A DNA stretch of 64,000 bases from Candidatus Tenderia sp. (GTDB lineage: Bacteria > Pseudomonadota > Gammaproteobacteria > Tenderiales > Tenderiaceae): positions 1 to 64,000 of the forward strand of contig JANOSY010000092.1 in the NCBI GenBank assembly GCA_031416075.1, read 5' to 3'. Position numbers and translations under genes: made by a program. The notes below the pieces were generated by a model that ran no database searches, was not told the DNA's origin, and worked only from the letters and a program-made list of their open reading frames with translations. This document shows positions 1 through 8,978 of the stretch, one piece after another (positions within the stretch are counted from its first letter, which is position 1; every line of letters starts with the position of its first letter).

Positions 1-1558
1 CGTCGCTGCCGATGTTGGCGCTGCTGAGCAGGGAGCCGTCGCTGGCGATGAAGCGGACGATGTAGTCGCCCGGCATGAGGTTGCTGAAGCTGTAGCTGCC
101 GATCGGGGCGCTGCCCGTGCCGTCGGCGGTGGTGGTGCTGCCCACCAGGGTACCGGGGAGGCCGTTGACGCAGGTGTAGAGTTCGACGGTGACGCCGGCC
201 TTGCCCACTTCGTTGCTCTCTTGCAGGCCGTTGCCGTTGGCATCAACCCAGACGCTGTCGCCGATGCGGGCACTTGGCGCTGCCGATTTGTTATAGCCAA
301 AATCGATACTGAGGTCACTGCTACCCGAAGTAAGCAGTGCAGGAGTCGAGCCACTGGGGGAGACGTTACTATCCAATTCTGGGTTGCCACCCTGCAATGC
401 AGGGCTGGCAACATAACCTTCCAGCGCTCCGCCAGCATCAAAGTTGCTGGGGGCAACGGTGATCTGATAGGTACCTGGAATTAAATCCGCAAACAGATAG
501 CTACCATCTGCTGCCGTTACAGTTGTCAGTGCCACCGATTGACCACTGCCTGTTGTGCCTGTCAACGTCAGCGTGACGCCGCCAATACCAACGTTACCAC
601 CATCATTTTGAATACCATCGTTGTTAACATCATTCCAGACGTAATTGCCAACAGACCCCTTGTTGTAGAAACCGGAGTCTATAGATTGGTTATACTCGCC
701 TGCGGTTAGCACAAGCACGTTCGAGGTCAAACCATCACTGTTATTGTCCGATGTGGTACTGCCATCCACTTGCCGCGGACTGGTGTTGCTATAACCTGTC
801 GGGGTAAAAAACTGGACTTGATAATCAAGGCCTGGGGTCAATCCCATAAACGAGTAGTTACCATTGGCATCCGTTACAGTGGACGCCAGAACTTCGTTCA
901 GATCGTCAAAATCGCCATCGTCATTGAGGTCACGCACCAACCTGACTAACGCACCCGAAATGCCTGTCTCACCCGCATTTTGAATACCGTCTGCATTCAG
1001 ATCATGCCAGACACGATCACCAATTTTGGCGGCCAGCATCTCCACCACCAAGGGCTGCAAGTGAACGCCATTGGCATCTACCGGGTCGAGAATGACACCT
1101 ATTTTTTGATTAACATCGGGAACAAAACCATCGTTGGCCAGCGCTAGCGAATAAAGATTATCAATATCAACAGTATCAACGGCACCCAGGAATACGGAGT
1201 ACTGTGTCCAATCCTCACCCAACAACTTCCAGATAGTCGCCTGCACCTCTTGATACGAGATGCCAATGTTGGTGCCGTCGTAATAATTTAGCAGCCAGTT
1301 AACAGAGTCCAGATTGTCGAGAAAGCCATTGGTATTGCCCAACGTTGGCATGCCCGCACGCAGAATAGCCAGTTCGGTACTGGAGTAGAGTGTTGCCGAG
1401 TATGTGCCTGGGGTATCTATATTAATGGCAGGATCGAGGCACCAGCCGTCATACATCATGCTATTGATCGTGTTGGGATAAAAGGTTATATCAAACAGGC
1501 TTGGCTCAAGCGCAGGGCCGGGGTAAACAACACTAATCGTAACTATTGGCTGTGACAT
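1..1558 (-). CDS. Large adhesin, partial (runs off the window): thioester-domain (TED)-like N-terminus followed by SdrD B-like repeats
   Basis: Not in the ORF track. My translation from ATG 1558 (AGGAG upstream) gives MSQPIVTISV...YDGWCLDP...VQATIWKLL...HLQPLVVEML. Repeats follow: IGDRVWHDLNADGIQNAGETGISGALV...TDANGNYSF, VGNYVWNDVNNDGIQ..., IGDSVWVDANGNGLQ.... The frame is open to position 1. Confidence 0.85.
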   Translation of the reverse strand, partial: MSQPIVTISVVYPGPALEPSLFDITFYPNTINSMMYDGWCLDPAINIDTPGTYSATLYSSTELAILRAGMPTLGNTNGFLDNLDSVNWLLNYYDGTNIGISYQEVQATIWKLLGEDWTQYSVFLGAVDTVDIDNLYSLALANDGFVPDVNQKIGVILDPVDANGVHLQPLVVEMLAAKIGDRVWHDLNADGIQNAGETGISGALVRLVRDLNDDGDFDDLNEVLASTVTDANGNYSFMGLTPGLDYQVQFFTPTGYSNTSPRQVDGSTTSDNNSDGLTSNVLVLTAGEYNQSIDSGFYNKGSVGNYVWNDVNNDGIQNDGGNVGIGGVTLTLTGTTGSGQSVALTTVTAADGSYLFADLIPGTYQITVAPSNFDAGGALEGYVASPALQGGNPELDSNVSPSGSTPALLTSGSSDLSIDFGYNKSAAPSARIGDSVWVDANGNGLQESNEVGKAGVTVELYTCVNGLPGTLVGSTTTADGTGSAPIGSYSFSNLMPGDYIVRFIASDGSLLSSANIGSD

Positions 1559-1702
1559 TTGATAACACTCCTAAATTTTATCCATTCCATTTGCATGTAG
1601 GCAATCAAAGCACTGATGCTGGCAAACATACGGCTATTAAAATCACAACAATCCCACCGCGCCAGGAGGCACGTTCATTTGATGCTGGTAAGGTAGTTGT
1701 GC

Positions 1703-1733
1703 CATATGGCCACCCACCTAAGGCGGCCATATG
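1703..1733. other. Intergenic stem-loop between the PEP-CTERM peptide gene and the adhesin gene
   Basis: CATATGGCC...GGCCATATG inverted repeat. No U-tract follows it in the transcribed (-) direction, so it is not a classic terminator. Confidence 0.5.
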
Positions 1734-1741
1734 AAAAACGG

Positions 1742-1885
1742 TTACTTGCGACGACGGGCAAACAACAAGGCGGCAGCGCCTATGGCAAAAAGGGCCAAAG
1801 ATTCAGGCTCAGGAAGCGGATTGGGCAGTGCCAATGCTGGCACAGAGGCGGACATCAAAATCACAGCTGGAAGTAAATAGCGCAT
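1742..1885 (-). CDS. Minimal 47-aa PEP-CTERM protein
   Basis: MRYLLPAVILMSASVPALALPNPLPEPESLALFAIGAAALLFARRRK*. It has a signal peptide ending ALA, an LPEP motif, a hydrophobic helix and an RRRK tail. SD AAGGAG lies upstream. It is below the ORF-track size cutoff. Confidence 0.88.
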   Translation of the reverse strand: MRYLLPAVILMSASVPALALPNPLPEPESLALFAIGAAALLFARRRK

Positions 1886-1960
1886 AATTAACTCCTTGAG
1901 AAAAAAGGCAACAATATTTCACACAATTGCAAAATATTAACATTCAGCGGCTAGTCATTA

Positions 1961-1976
1961 AGCAAAAATCAGACCA
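1961..1976 (-). promoter_or_regulatory. Sigma-54 (-24/-12) promoter for the PEP-CTERM gene
   Basis: Minus strand TGGTCTGATTTTTGCT is GG-N10-GC, about 75 bp upstream of the ATG. Confidence 0.75.
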
Positions 1977-1994
1977 CTTTTAAAAAAAAATAAT

Positions 1995-2007
1995 AATCAA
2001 TGAGTTA
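1995..2007 (+). promoter_or_regulatory. IHF binding site
   Basis: AATCAATGAGTTA matches WATCAANNNNTTR and has an upstream A-tract. It lies between the enhancer and the sigma-54 site. Confidence 0.65.
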
Positions 2008-2038
2008 CATGAAAATCCAACCCTAACCAACATGTCTG

Positions 2039-2055
2039 TGTAAACAATACCGACA
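2039..2055. promoter_or_regulatory. PEP-CTERM-box-type enhancer (PrsR-like activator site)
   Basis: TGTAAACAATACCGACA is TGT-N11-ACA, the motif type known upstream of sigma-54-dependent PEP-CTERM genes. Confidence 0.7.
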
Positions 2056-2311
2056 TCCGAATATTGCACTTTAATTAACCGTAATGAAACAACCAGTCCT
2101 GTCAGTAGTGACACACATCAACCACCCCAGTGATGGGCTGTGACTTCTTAGGTTAAGAGCTCATTTTTTCCATCCACGCAGTAGAGAGTCCACACCACAA
2201 CAGCGTGCTTCTCACCATCAAAACCAACACCCTACTTACGAACAAACTGGCTGACGCGTCTATTTTGTTAGCCTATACTAGCCGCCCTCATTTCATTAAG
2301 CGGTATAAAGC

Positions 2312-2629
2312 ATGGCCAACGGTCGGGACGAAAAAAAGTATGTCGGCATCCTGAATGATCAGAAAGGCGGCATGACCGACTCCGGGAAAATTATCCGCGA
2401 TGCATGGGTCTTTGGCCTGATTGCTGAAACTGAGACCTGTGAGGGCTGGGTAATACAGGGCATTCAGGCGCTCTGGGAACAGACCGAGGCGGAATGGGAA
2501 AAATACGGTTTTTTGGTCAACAATCTCCCGCCAGAGCTGCGTCAACGCTTCGACCGCATTCAGGGCGAAGCTATTATCCGTGCCAAGCAGTCGGGATGGG
2601 ATCCTGAGCGCGACCTCGACAGCGATTAA
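2312..2629 (+). CDS. Hypothetical protein (105 aa)
   Basis: Clean ORF with protein-like composition. No family recognised. Confidence 0.75.
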   Translation: MANGRDEKKYVGILNDQKGGMTDSGKIIRDAWVFGLIAETETCEGWVIQGIQALWEQTEAEWEKYGFLVNNLPPELRQRFDRIQGEAIIRAKQSGWDPERDLDSD

Positions 2630-2769
2630 AAAATGTATGCTGCCTGGAAAGGGCGAATGCGGTTCCCATTCCAGCATGGCCAGCATGGCCAGCATTACGC
2701 TTTTACACCCGAGTTGACGATAAGATGACATAAAGGCAGTTCCTACCTACTCCTGGAGGCCCGCTCATC

Positions 2770-3696
2770 ATGTCCCAACCCAATACCACAGAGCCGCTGA
2801 CATTCCAGCAGGTCCACATTGATGCGGCGCGTAACTCCAGTGACGATTTCAACCTGTTTCATGACCGCTGCAAATGGGCACGGATTCATGGCAACCCCTT
2901 TGGGGGTCCCATCGCGCTTGGCTTTCAACTGGAGTGCCTGATTGAAGACCAGATACGGCTTTACCGTAACCAGCACGGTGAAACGTCGTTGATTGAGAAT
3001 AACAATCTCCATTTCAGCAACTACCAGTTCACCTTCGCCAGCGTGGTTAAGCCAGGGGAGACCGTTCATGTGGAGGTCAAAAACTCACAGTTTAAAACCG
3101 GTGAGAACTGCACTCTGAGCAATCGGGTCGCGATCAAGGGGCCATCTGGGCTGGTGATGTTTGGTTTCAAAAAAGAGTCGCAATCGGCGCTTTTTTTAAA
3201 CGACGCCCCTCTCCCACAGCTACCCGACCTGACCCATCAGCCAGATCGCAGCTATGTGGCAGGTACCCACTTCTTCTACAAACGTAAGTTTATGAGTACC
3301 GGCAACGCAAAGAATTTTCTCTCTGGCTCCCTGGCAGACCAATCGGCCTATTTCGACGAGATTGAGGAACGGGTTAACTTTCCAGAGATCTATCCTGCGG
3401 GGCTTATCTCCTGTGCCCTACTCGAACGCGCCCGCCATAACCATCACGATTTCGAACGGGAGCCGATGGTCTACACCTCACACAATATCTCCATCGATCG
3501 CCGTCTGGCACGTAGCCTTCTCAGCAATGATGTCCTGCACCTGCTGGTTGACGAACCCACCGCGCTCACCCCAGAAAAGGGACCCCATCAATATCTTCAC
3601 CACTGTTATGGTCTGCTGCGCTCTGGTGCGATCCTGTTTCGTGCAGAGATCACCATGATGCCATTGGCGGCCATTCTGAAAACCACACACCCATAA
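2770..3696 (+). CDS. MaoC-like / hot-dog fold protein
   Basis: SD GGAGG. The N-terminal SSDDFNLFHD resembles the MaoC hydratase motif, and FASVVKPGETV matches a hot-dog strand. Confidence 0.6.
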   Translation: MSQPNTTEPLTFQQVHIDAARNSSDDFNLFHDRCKWARIHGNPFGGPIALGFQLECLIEDQIRLYRNQHGETSLIENNNLHFSNYQFTFASVVKPGETVHVEVKNSQFKTGENCTLSNRVAIKGPSGLVMFGFKKESQSALFLNDAPLPQLPDLTHQPDRSYVAGTHFFYKRKFMSTGNAKNFLSGSLADQSAYFDEIEERVNFPEIYPAGLISCALLERARHNHHDFEREPMVYTSHNISIDRRLARSLLSNDVLHLLVDEPTALTPEKGPHQYLHHCYGLLRSGAILFRAEITMMPLAAILKTTHP

Positions 3697-3728
3697 AAAA
3701 AGCCACACTGTCGAAGGTGTAGCTTTTT
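3695..3728. terminator. Possible bidirectional intrinsic terminator
   Basis: Imperfect hairpin AAAAAAGCCACAC...GTGTAGCTTTTT between convergent genes. Confidence 0.5.
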
Positions 3729-3750
3729 ATACCGTCACTACCAATAGCGC

Positions 3751-4254
3751 TTAATGTTTTTTGTGGGTCAACCAATCACCAATCGCAAACAGCAGACCAG
3801 AGATAACAAAGGTCAGGTGAATACCGACCTTCCAGGCCATCTGCTGATCTGTAAAGGCCTCCACATTCACAAATGCCTTAAGTAGCTCGATACCGGAGAT
3901 GGCGACGATGGAGCCCATCAGCTTCATCTTCAGATCAGCAAAACTGACGTGGCCCATCCAGTCCGGGCGATCTTCGTGGCCACCGGTATCGATCTTGGAG
4001 ACAAAGTTTTCATAGCCGGCAAAGATGATGATAATCAGCAGATTGGCCAGTAGCACCACATCAATCAACGTCAGTAAGCCAATTACCACATCGTTGCTAG
4101 TGCCGGTAAAGACAATATCCACAAAGTGCAGAAACTCCTTACCAAACTTCACCAGCAGCAAGGCGATGCAGGCGGCCAGGCCAAGATAAAAAGGCACTAG
4201 CAGCCAACGGCTGGCAAAGAGCACCTCTTCCACAAAAGTCTCAACTCTTTTCAC
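3751..4254 (-). CDS. UPF0114 / TIGR00645 (YqhA-like) membrane protein
   Basis: Motifs ASRWLLVPFYLGL, GYENFVSKID and LKMKLMGSIVAISGIELLKAF. Confidence 0.9.
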   Translation of the reverse strand: MKRVETFVEEVLFASRWLLVPFYLGLAACIALLLVKFGKEFLHFVDIVFTGTSNDVVIGLLTLIDVVLLANLLIIIIFAGYENFVSKIDTGGHEDRPDWMGHVSFADLKMKLMGSIVAISGIELLKAFVNVEAFTDQQMAWKVGIHLTFVISGLLFAIGDWLTHKKH

Positions 4255-4347
4255 AGCTTCTTCCTATTAATGTAATGGGGGGGTAGGTAACCGACGGCTA
4301 TTCTCCTGCTTCATCCTGGCACTAGCAAGGACCAATTGAGAGAATCT

Positions 4348-4842
4348 TTATTCGCTGCCAGCACCCCCTGCGGGCCGTACCCGGAATACCCCCACATCAA
4401 TCGACGCCACAGCCACCTTGGTGCCGACCTCAATCTGCTCCACCGCCGCACTATCATCGATCTCGACCCGCCACTCGATGCCCGAATATTGGGTCTTGCC
4501 TGGAGCAGCATGGGTGATGGTCTGGCCCAGACGGAACTCATGGCCGATAAAATCGCTGCTCAGATCGTGCCCAGTGAGTCCTTTCTGGCTCTGCAATCTC
4601 AACAGGGGCTTCCACAGCAGCAAGGCTGAAAGGGCGGAACAGAGGCCAAAACTACCGATACCGGCGGCCCAGCTCGCTGGCAACAGCCCCGCCCAGAACA
4701 ACAACCCAGTCGCCAACGCACCAATGCCGGCAAACAGCACCACCCCAGATGTAAAGCCAAAGGCCAGCGCCTCGATCACCAGCAGTGCAAACCCCACGGC
4801 AAACCAGAAGGTCTGTTGATTGGCATCAAAATAGTCGATCAT
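4348..4842 (-). CDS. NfeD family membrane protein
   Basis: N-terminal TM helices plus a C-terminal OB-like segment (GIEWRV). It sits directly downstream of the SPFH gene. Confidence 0.85.
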   Translation of the reverse strand: MIDYFDANQQTFWFAVGFALLVIEALAFGFTSGVVLFAGIGALATGLLFWAGLLPASWAAGIGSFGLCSALSALLLWKPLLRLQSQKGLTGHDLSSDFIGHEFRLGQTITHAAPGKTQYSGIEWRVEIDDSAAVEQIEVGTKVAVASIDVGVFRVRPAGGAGSE

Positions 4843-4845
4843 GGC

Positions 4846-5829
4846 TCACCTACCCGGTTTAAAGGCGTCGCTGTTGTTCATGGCCGCCACAATCGCCACC
4901 GCCTCCGCCACTGTGTTACTCGCGCCGCTCGACTTCTCATCCATCAGCACAATGGTGGACTCCTTGGCGATCATCCTTTTGGCATCGATGGCGAGGGTGG
5001 CCAGATCAAGCTGGATCGCCTTCTGCCCCGCCGGTGTCACGGCGCTCTCGCCGATGGTGCGAATGGCCGCGGCCTTGGCCAAGGCCACCAGCTCAATCGC
5101 CTTGGCCTCCCCTTCGGCATTCAGTATCTGCTGGGCACGCTGCGCCTCGGCCGCCAGCACCTGCGACTGTTTCTGTCCCTCGGCGACGTTGATGGCCGCC
5201 TGTCGCTCCCCCTCTGACTCAAGGATCGAGGCGCGTTTATCACGCTCCGCCTTCATCTGTCGCCCCATCGCCTCCAGCACACTGCGTGGTGGGGTGATGT
5301 CCTTGATCTCATAACGCATCACCTGCACACCCCAAGGCTCGGCCGCCATGTTGATGGAGTTGACGATAGCCACGTTGAGTGTGTCGCGCTCTTCAAAGGT
5401 ACGATCCAGATCAAGTTTGCCGATCTCGGAACGCATGGTGGTCTGCGCCAGCTGGGTGACTGCGTAGGTGTAATCCTCAACGCCGTAGCTGGCCTTGCTC
5501 GGTTCGATCACCTTGAGGTAGAGCACGCCGTCTACCGTCAAGCCGATGTTATCTTTGGTGATGGCGCTCTGGCTCGGCACATCAATCGACTGCTCCTTCA
5601 GGGTTCGCTCGTAAGCGATACGGTCGATAAACGGGATGACAAAGTTCAGCCCGCCCACCAGGGTTCCCTGGTATTTACCAAAACGTTCAATGATATAGGC
5701 GCGATTCTGGGGTACAAACTTGACCGACGTTTTCAGAATCACAATCAATACAATGGTCAGCCCGCCCCAAAAACTGAAGAGCAGATTGAAGAGTACATTG
5801 ATGAAGTCCAGTCCAGCCATATCCGCCAT
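4846..5829 (-). CDS. SPFH / stomatin-like (QmcA-type) protein
   Basis: Motifs ERFGKY, ITKDNIGLTVDGVLY, LAQTTMRSEIG and QMKAERDKRA. Start chosen at ATG 5829. Confidence 0.92.
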   Translation of the reverse strand: MADMAGLDFINVLFNLLFSFWGGLTIVLIVILKTSVKFVPQNRAYIIERFGKYQGTLVGGLNFVIPFIDRIAYERTLKEQSIDVPSQSAITKDNIGLTVDGVLYLKVIEPSKASYGVEDYTYAVTQLAQTTMRSEIGKLDLDRTFEERDTLNVAIVNSINMAAEPWGVQVMRYEIKDITPPRSVLEAMGRQMKAERDKRASILESEGERQAAINVAEGQKQSQVLAAEAQRAQQILNAEGEAKAIELVALAKAAAIRTIGESAVTPAGQKAIQLDLATLAIDAKRMIAKESTIVLMDEKSSGASNTVAEAVAIVAAMNNSDAFKPGR

Positions 5830-6028
5830 CCTTTGGTTTATATTGGTTAAGTCGCAACCCCTAACACCCACAACAGTGGAAACAGGCTACCCGATGCCCC
5901 ACAAAGAAGAAAGCATAGAAACCTATAGTCTGTATGGATACCCGCTCCCTCCCATTGATCCCATTAATCATTTCCACACTATGAACGTTAACCTGCTCAT
6001 CACCCACCACGGATATTAATGACGCACT

Positions 6029-7642
6029 ATGGCCATGTGGTCCCTTGCTGGAAAGAAGATCCTTCTCATCGACGACTACGGCGAGATGCGTTCAATGTTA
6101 CGCAAAATGCTCAGCGGTTACGGTGCCGAGGATATCAGCTCTACCGCCACCGGTGAGGAGGCGATTGAACTGATCGGCCACAACCGGTTTGACATCATCC
6201 TCTGCGACTACAATCTAGGCGATGGCAAAGATGGCCAGCAGGTGCTTGAAGAGGTCAAACACCGTGGCTACATCACCTACTCCACAGTATTTATCATGAT
6301 CACCGCCGAGAGCACTGCTTTTATGGTCATGGGGGCCTTGGAGTACCAGCCTGACGAGTACCTCTCCAAACCCGTTACCGCCACGGTATTACAGGCGCGG
6401 CTGCAAAAGCTGCTGGAAAAGAAGGAGAAGTTTCAGGCGCTATCCAAGGCGCTGGAAAACAAGGACCACGCCAAGGCGATAGAGCAGTGCGACCAGCAGC
6501 TCATCCACCACCCCCGCTACCGCTTTGAGCTGTTAAAACTGAAATGTGAACAACTCATTGAGCTGCAACAGTTCGACGCCGTGCGTGAACTCTGCCAGCA
6601 GGTACTGGCCGACCGTGACATCCCCTGGGCCAACATGGCGCTGGGCAAGATCCACTTTTACAACAACGAGTACGAAGCGGCGCAAACAATCTTCAAACAG
6701 ATCATCGCCCACAATGGATCATATGTCGCCGCCTATGACTGGCTCTCCCGCACCCATTTACAGCTCGACGACCATCGCGCCTCGCAAAAGGTACTGCAAC
6801 AGGCGGTGGAGTGGTCTCCCAAATCGGTGCAGCGCCAACGCGCCCTGGCAGAGGCGTCCGAACGTAACAACGACTACCACAGCGCCGAAGAGGCGCGCAA
6901 GAAAGTGGTCCGTGTTGGCAAAAACTCGGTCCTGCGCCAGGCCAGCGACTACGCCAGTCTGGCCAAAGTCCTGGTCAAAAACAACAACAGCAAAGAGGCA
7001 TTCCGTTTTATCGACATGATCAAACGCGAATTCAAAGGTGATACTGAGGCCGCACTCACCGCCGCGCTGACGAAAGAGAAGATCTATCGCGACAGCGGTG
7101 ATAAAAAGCGCGCCGCCGACGCCGCCCAGGAGGCATTAACCCTCTTCAGTGAACTGCCGGCCATCAGCTCCAGCGACCTTGCCATCGAACTCACCTCCGC
7201 CTGCCTGGCCCACGGCAAGGTCGATGAGGCCGGCCAGGTGGTGCAGCAGCTGGTCAACAACAACCATGACGATGATCAGGTACTGCAACAGATCAGCCAC
7301 ATATATAAAGAGTCCGGCCAGGAGCAGACCGCCACCCTACTGCTCACCCAGCTCCGCAAAGAGATGGTGGCCACCAACAATCAGGGGGTCAAACTGCTCA
7401 ACAGCGGCCAGGTCGAAGAGTCCATCGGCTTTTTTGAAAAAGCACTAGGCGACGCCCCCAACAACCCGGCACTGAACATCAATACCGCCCAGGCCTATCT
7501 CACCCTGCTGAAAAAGAGCGGCAACAACGCCGACCGGCTGCAAAAGACCCGCAACTGTCTCGATCTGGCCTACAGCGAACCCAAACTTCATGATCGCTAT
7601 CAAGTGCTTAACAAACTCTACTGGGAGATTGCCAACCGTTAA
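6029..7642 (+). CDS. Response regulator with TPR repeats
   Basis: Receiver domain (LLIDD, ILCDYNLG, ITAE, YLSKP) followed by helical TPR-like repeats. Confidence 0.88.
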   Translation: MAMWSLAGKKILLIDDYGEMRSMLRKMLSGYGAEDISSTATGEEAIELIGHNRFDIILCDYNLGDGKDGQQVLEEVKHRGYITYSTVFIMITAESTAFMVMGALEYQPDEYLSKPVTATVLQARLQKLLEKKEKFQALSKALENKDHAKAIEQCDQQLIHHPRYRFELLKLKCEQLIELQQFDAVRELCQQVLADRDIPWANMALGKIHFYNNEYEAAQTIFKQIIAHNGSYVAAYDWLSRTHLQLDDHRASQKVLQQAVEWSPKSVQRQRALAEASERNNDYHSAEEARKKVVRVGKNSVLRQASDYASLAKVLVKNNNSKEAFRFIDMIKREFKGDTEAALTAALTKEKIYRDSGDKKRAADAAQEALTLFSELPAISSSDLAIELTSACLAHGKVDEAGQVVQQLVNNNHDDDQVLQQISHIYKESGQEQTATLLLTQLRKEMVATNNQGVKLLNSGQVEESIGFFEKALGDAPNNPALNINTAQAYLTLLKKSGNNADRLQKTRNCLDLAYSEPKLHDRYQVLNKLYWEIANR

Positions 7643-7652
7643 TGGCAATACC

Positions 7653-8339
7653 ATGAACAACCTCAACCCCACCCTCGACATCACCACGCTGCTCGCCAGT
7701 GCCATCCACGACATGAAAAACTCCCTCGCCATCATCTTCAATACCATTGACGAGCTGGACCAACCGCCGGGCAGCACCACAGAACAGACGCCACTCACAC
7801 AGCTGCGCCACGAAGGGCAGCGGCTTAACAACCAATTCATTCAGATGCTCGCCCTCTACCGCATCCACCATGGCCAGTACACTGCCAGCATCAACGACAC
7901 CTCCATTTATGAGTTGCTGGAACAGATACAGCTGGAGAACCACACCACCCTGGCAGCACGCAATATCCGGTTAACCATCGACTGCGACGGTGAGCTGGTC
8001 TGGTTCTGCGACCGCGCCCTGCTACTCGGTGCTATCAATACCATCATCAACAACGCCTTCACCTTTGCCCGGCAGCAGATCCACCTCAGCGCCACACTCC
8101 AGAATCAGAGCCTCATCATCAACATCGACGATGACGGCCCAGGCTACCCGGCAGCGATGTTAACCAGCGCCCCCCAGCCGCAACGACCCATCGACTTTCA
8201 GGGGGGAGGCACCGGGCTGGGCATCTACTTTGCCAGCGTCATCGCCCACCTGCACCAGGCCAACCAGCGCCACGGCCACACCACCCTCAGCAACCACGGC
8301 CCCAACGGCGGGGGCCGCTTCACCCTCTGCCTGCCCTGA
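7653..8339 (+). CDS. Sensor-less histidine kinase (HisKA + HATPase)
   Basis: H-box IHDMKNSL, N-box INNA, DDGPG and GTGLG. Start moved to ATG 7653. Confidence 0.85.
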   Translation: MNNLNPTLDITTLLASAIHDMKNSLAIIFNTIDELDQPPGSTTEQTPLTQLRHEGQRLNNQFIQMLALYRIHHGQYTASINDTSIYELLEQIQLENHTTLAARNIRLTIDCDGELVWFCDRALLLGAINTIINNAFTFARQQIHLSATLQNQSLIINIDDDGPGYPAAMLTSAPQPQRPIDFQGGGTGLGIYFASVIAHLHQANQRHGHTTLSNHGPNGGGRFTLCLP

Positions 8340-8438
8340 AATACCCGCCTCAATTACTGCGCAAATTACCATTCAAATTAAAGGGTACGACAGCCCCTGC
8401 CGCTCTACTAACGTAAGAGCAGTAACGGAGAAGCAATC

Positions 8439-8870
8439 ATGATGTGGCGACTGCGAGAGATGCCCCGATATTCCACCACCAACAGCAGTGTTGGCCCCCG
8501 CCACTACAACCAGCTACGGCTGGCGCTACGACGACTGCCCAACCCCATCCGCATCACCCTCAGCGGACTGCCTCACATCGACATGATCATCGACAACGAC
8601 TCCTGGGTCTGTGTCGATACCAGCCTCAACGACCTGCCGGTGCTCGCCTGGACAGACTTTAACCACCGGGCGCGCCAGGGGCTGCATGAACCCATGGCCT
8701 GCAAACTGCACTACTTCCACTACCGGGCTGGCAATCTGGTACTCAATGCACTCGATAGCAGCGCCGCACTGCTGACCAAGCAGATGGCACAACTACCCCA
8801 CCATCCGCCAAATCAACACAGCCCCACCCGTCCACAAAACAGGCGTCATGGCCTGCATGTGGTCAACTAA
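8439..8870 (+). CDS. Hypothetical protein
   Basis: ORF with GGAG upstream and a globular core (WVCVD...PVLAW). Confidence 0.65.
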   Translation: MMWRLREMPRYSTTNSSVGPRHYNQLRLALRRLPNPIRITLSGLPHIDMIIDNDSWVCVDTSLNDLPVLAWTDFNHRARQGLHEPMACKLHYFHYRAGNLVLNALDSSAALLTKQMAQLPHHPPNQHSPTRPQNRRHGLHVVN

Positions 8871-8978
8871 GGCCATCGGCGGCCAGCAACAAAAGGGGCC
8901 GCCAACCCCTCCGCCGCAGCCCCTCATCAATGGTAGAATCGAACCCATACTGTCGATGGGGTGTATGAAGTGTCCGCC

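Noticed and set aside
221-484. 87-aa plus-strand ORF (also 1546-1734)
   Set aside because: Antisense shadow of the adhesin gene, or intergenic. It has no protein-like features.
2670-2696. 9-bp tandem repeat CCAGCATGG x3
   Set aside because: Short, intergenic and without spacers. It is not CRISPR and has no evident function.
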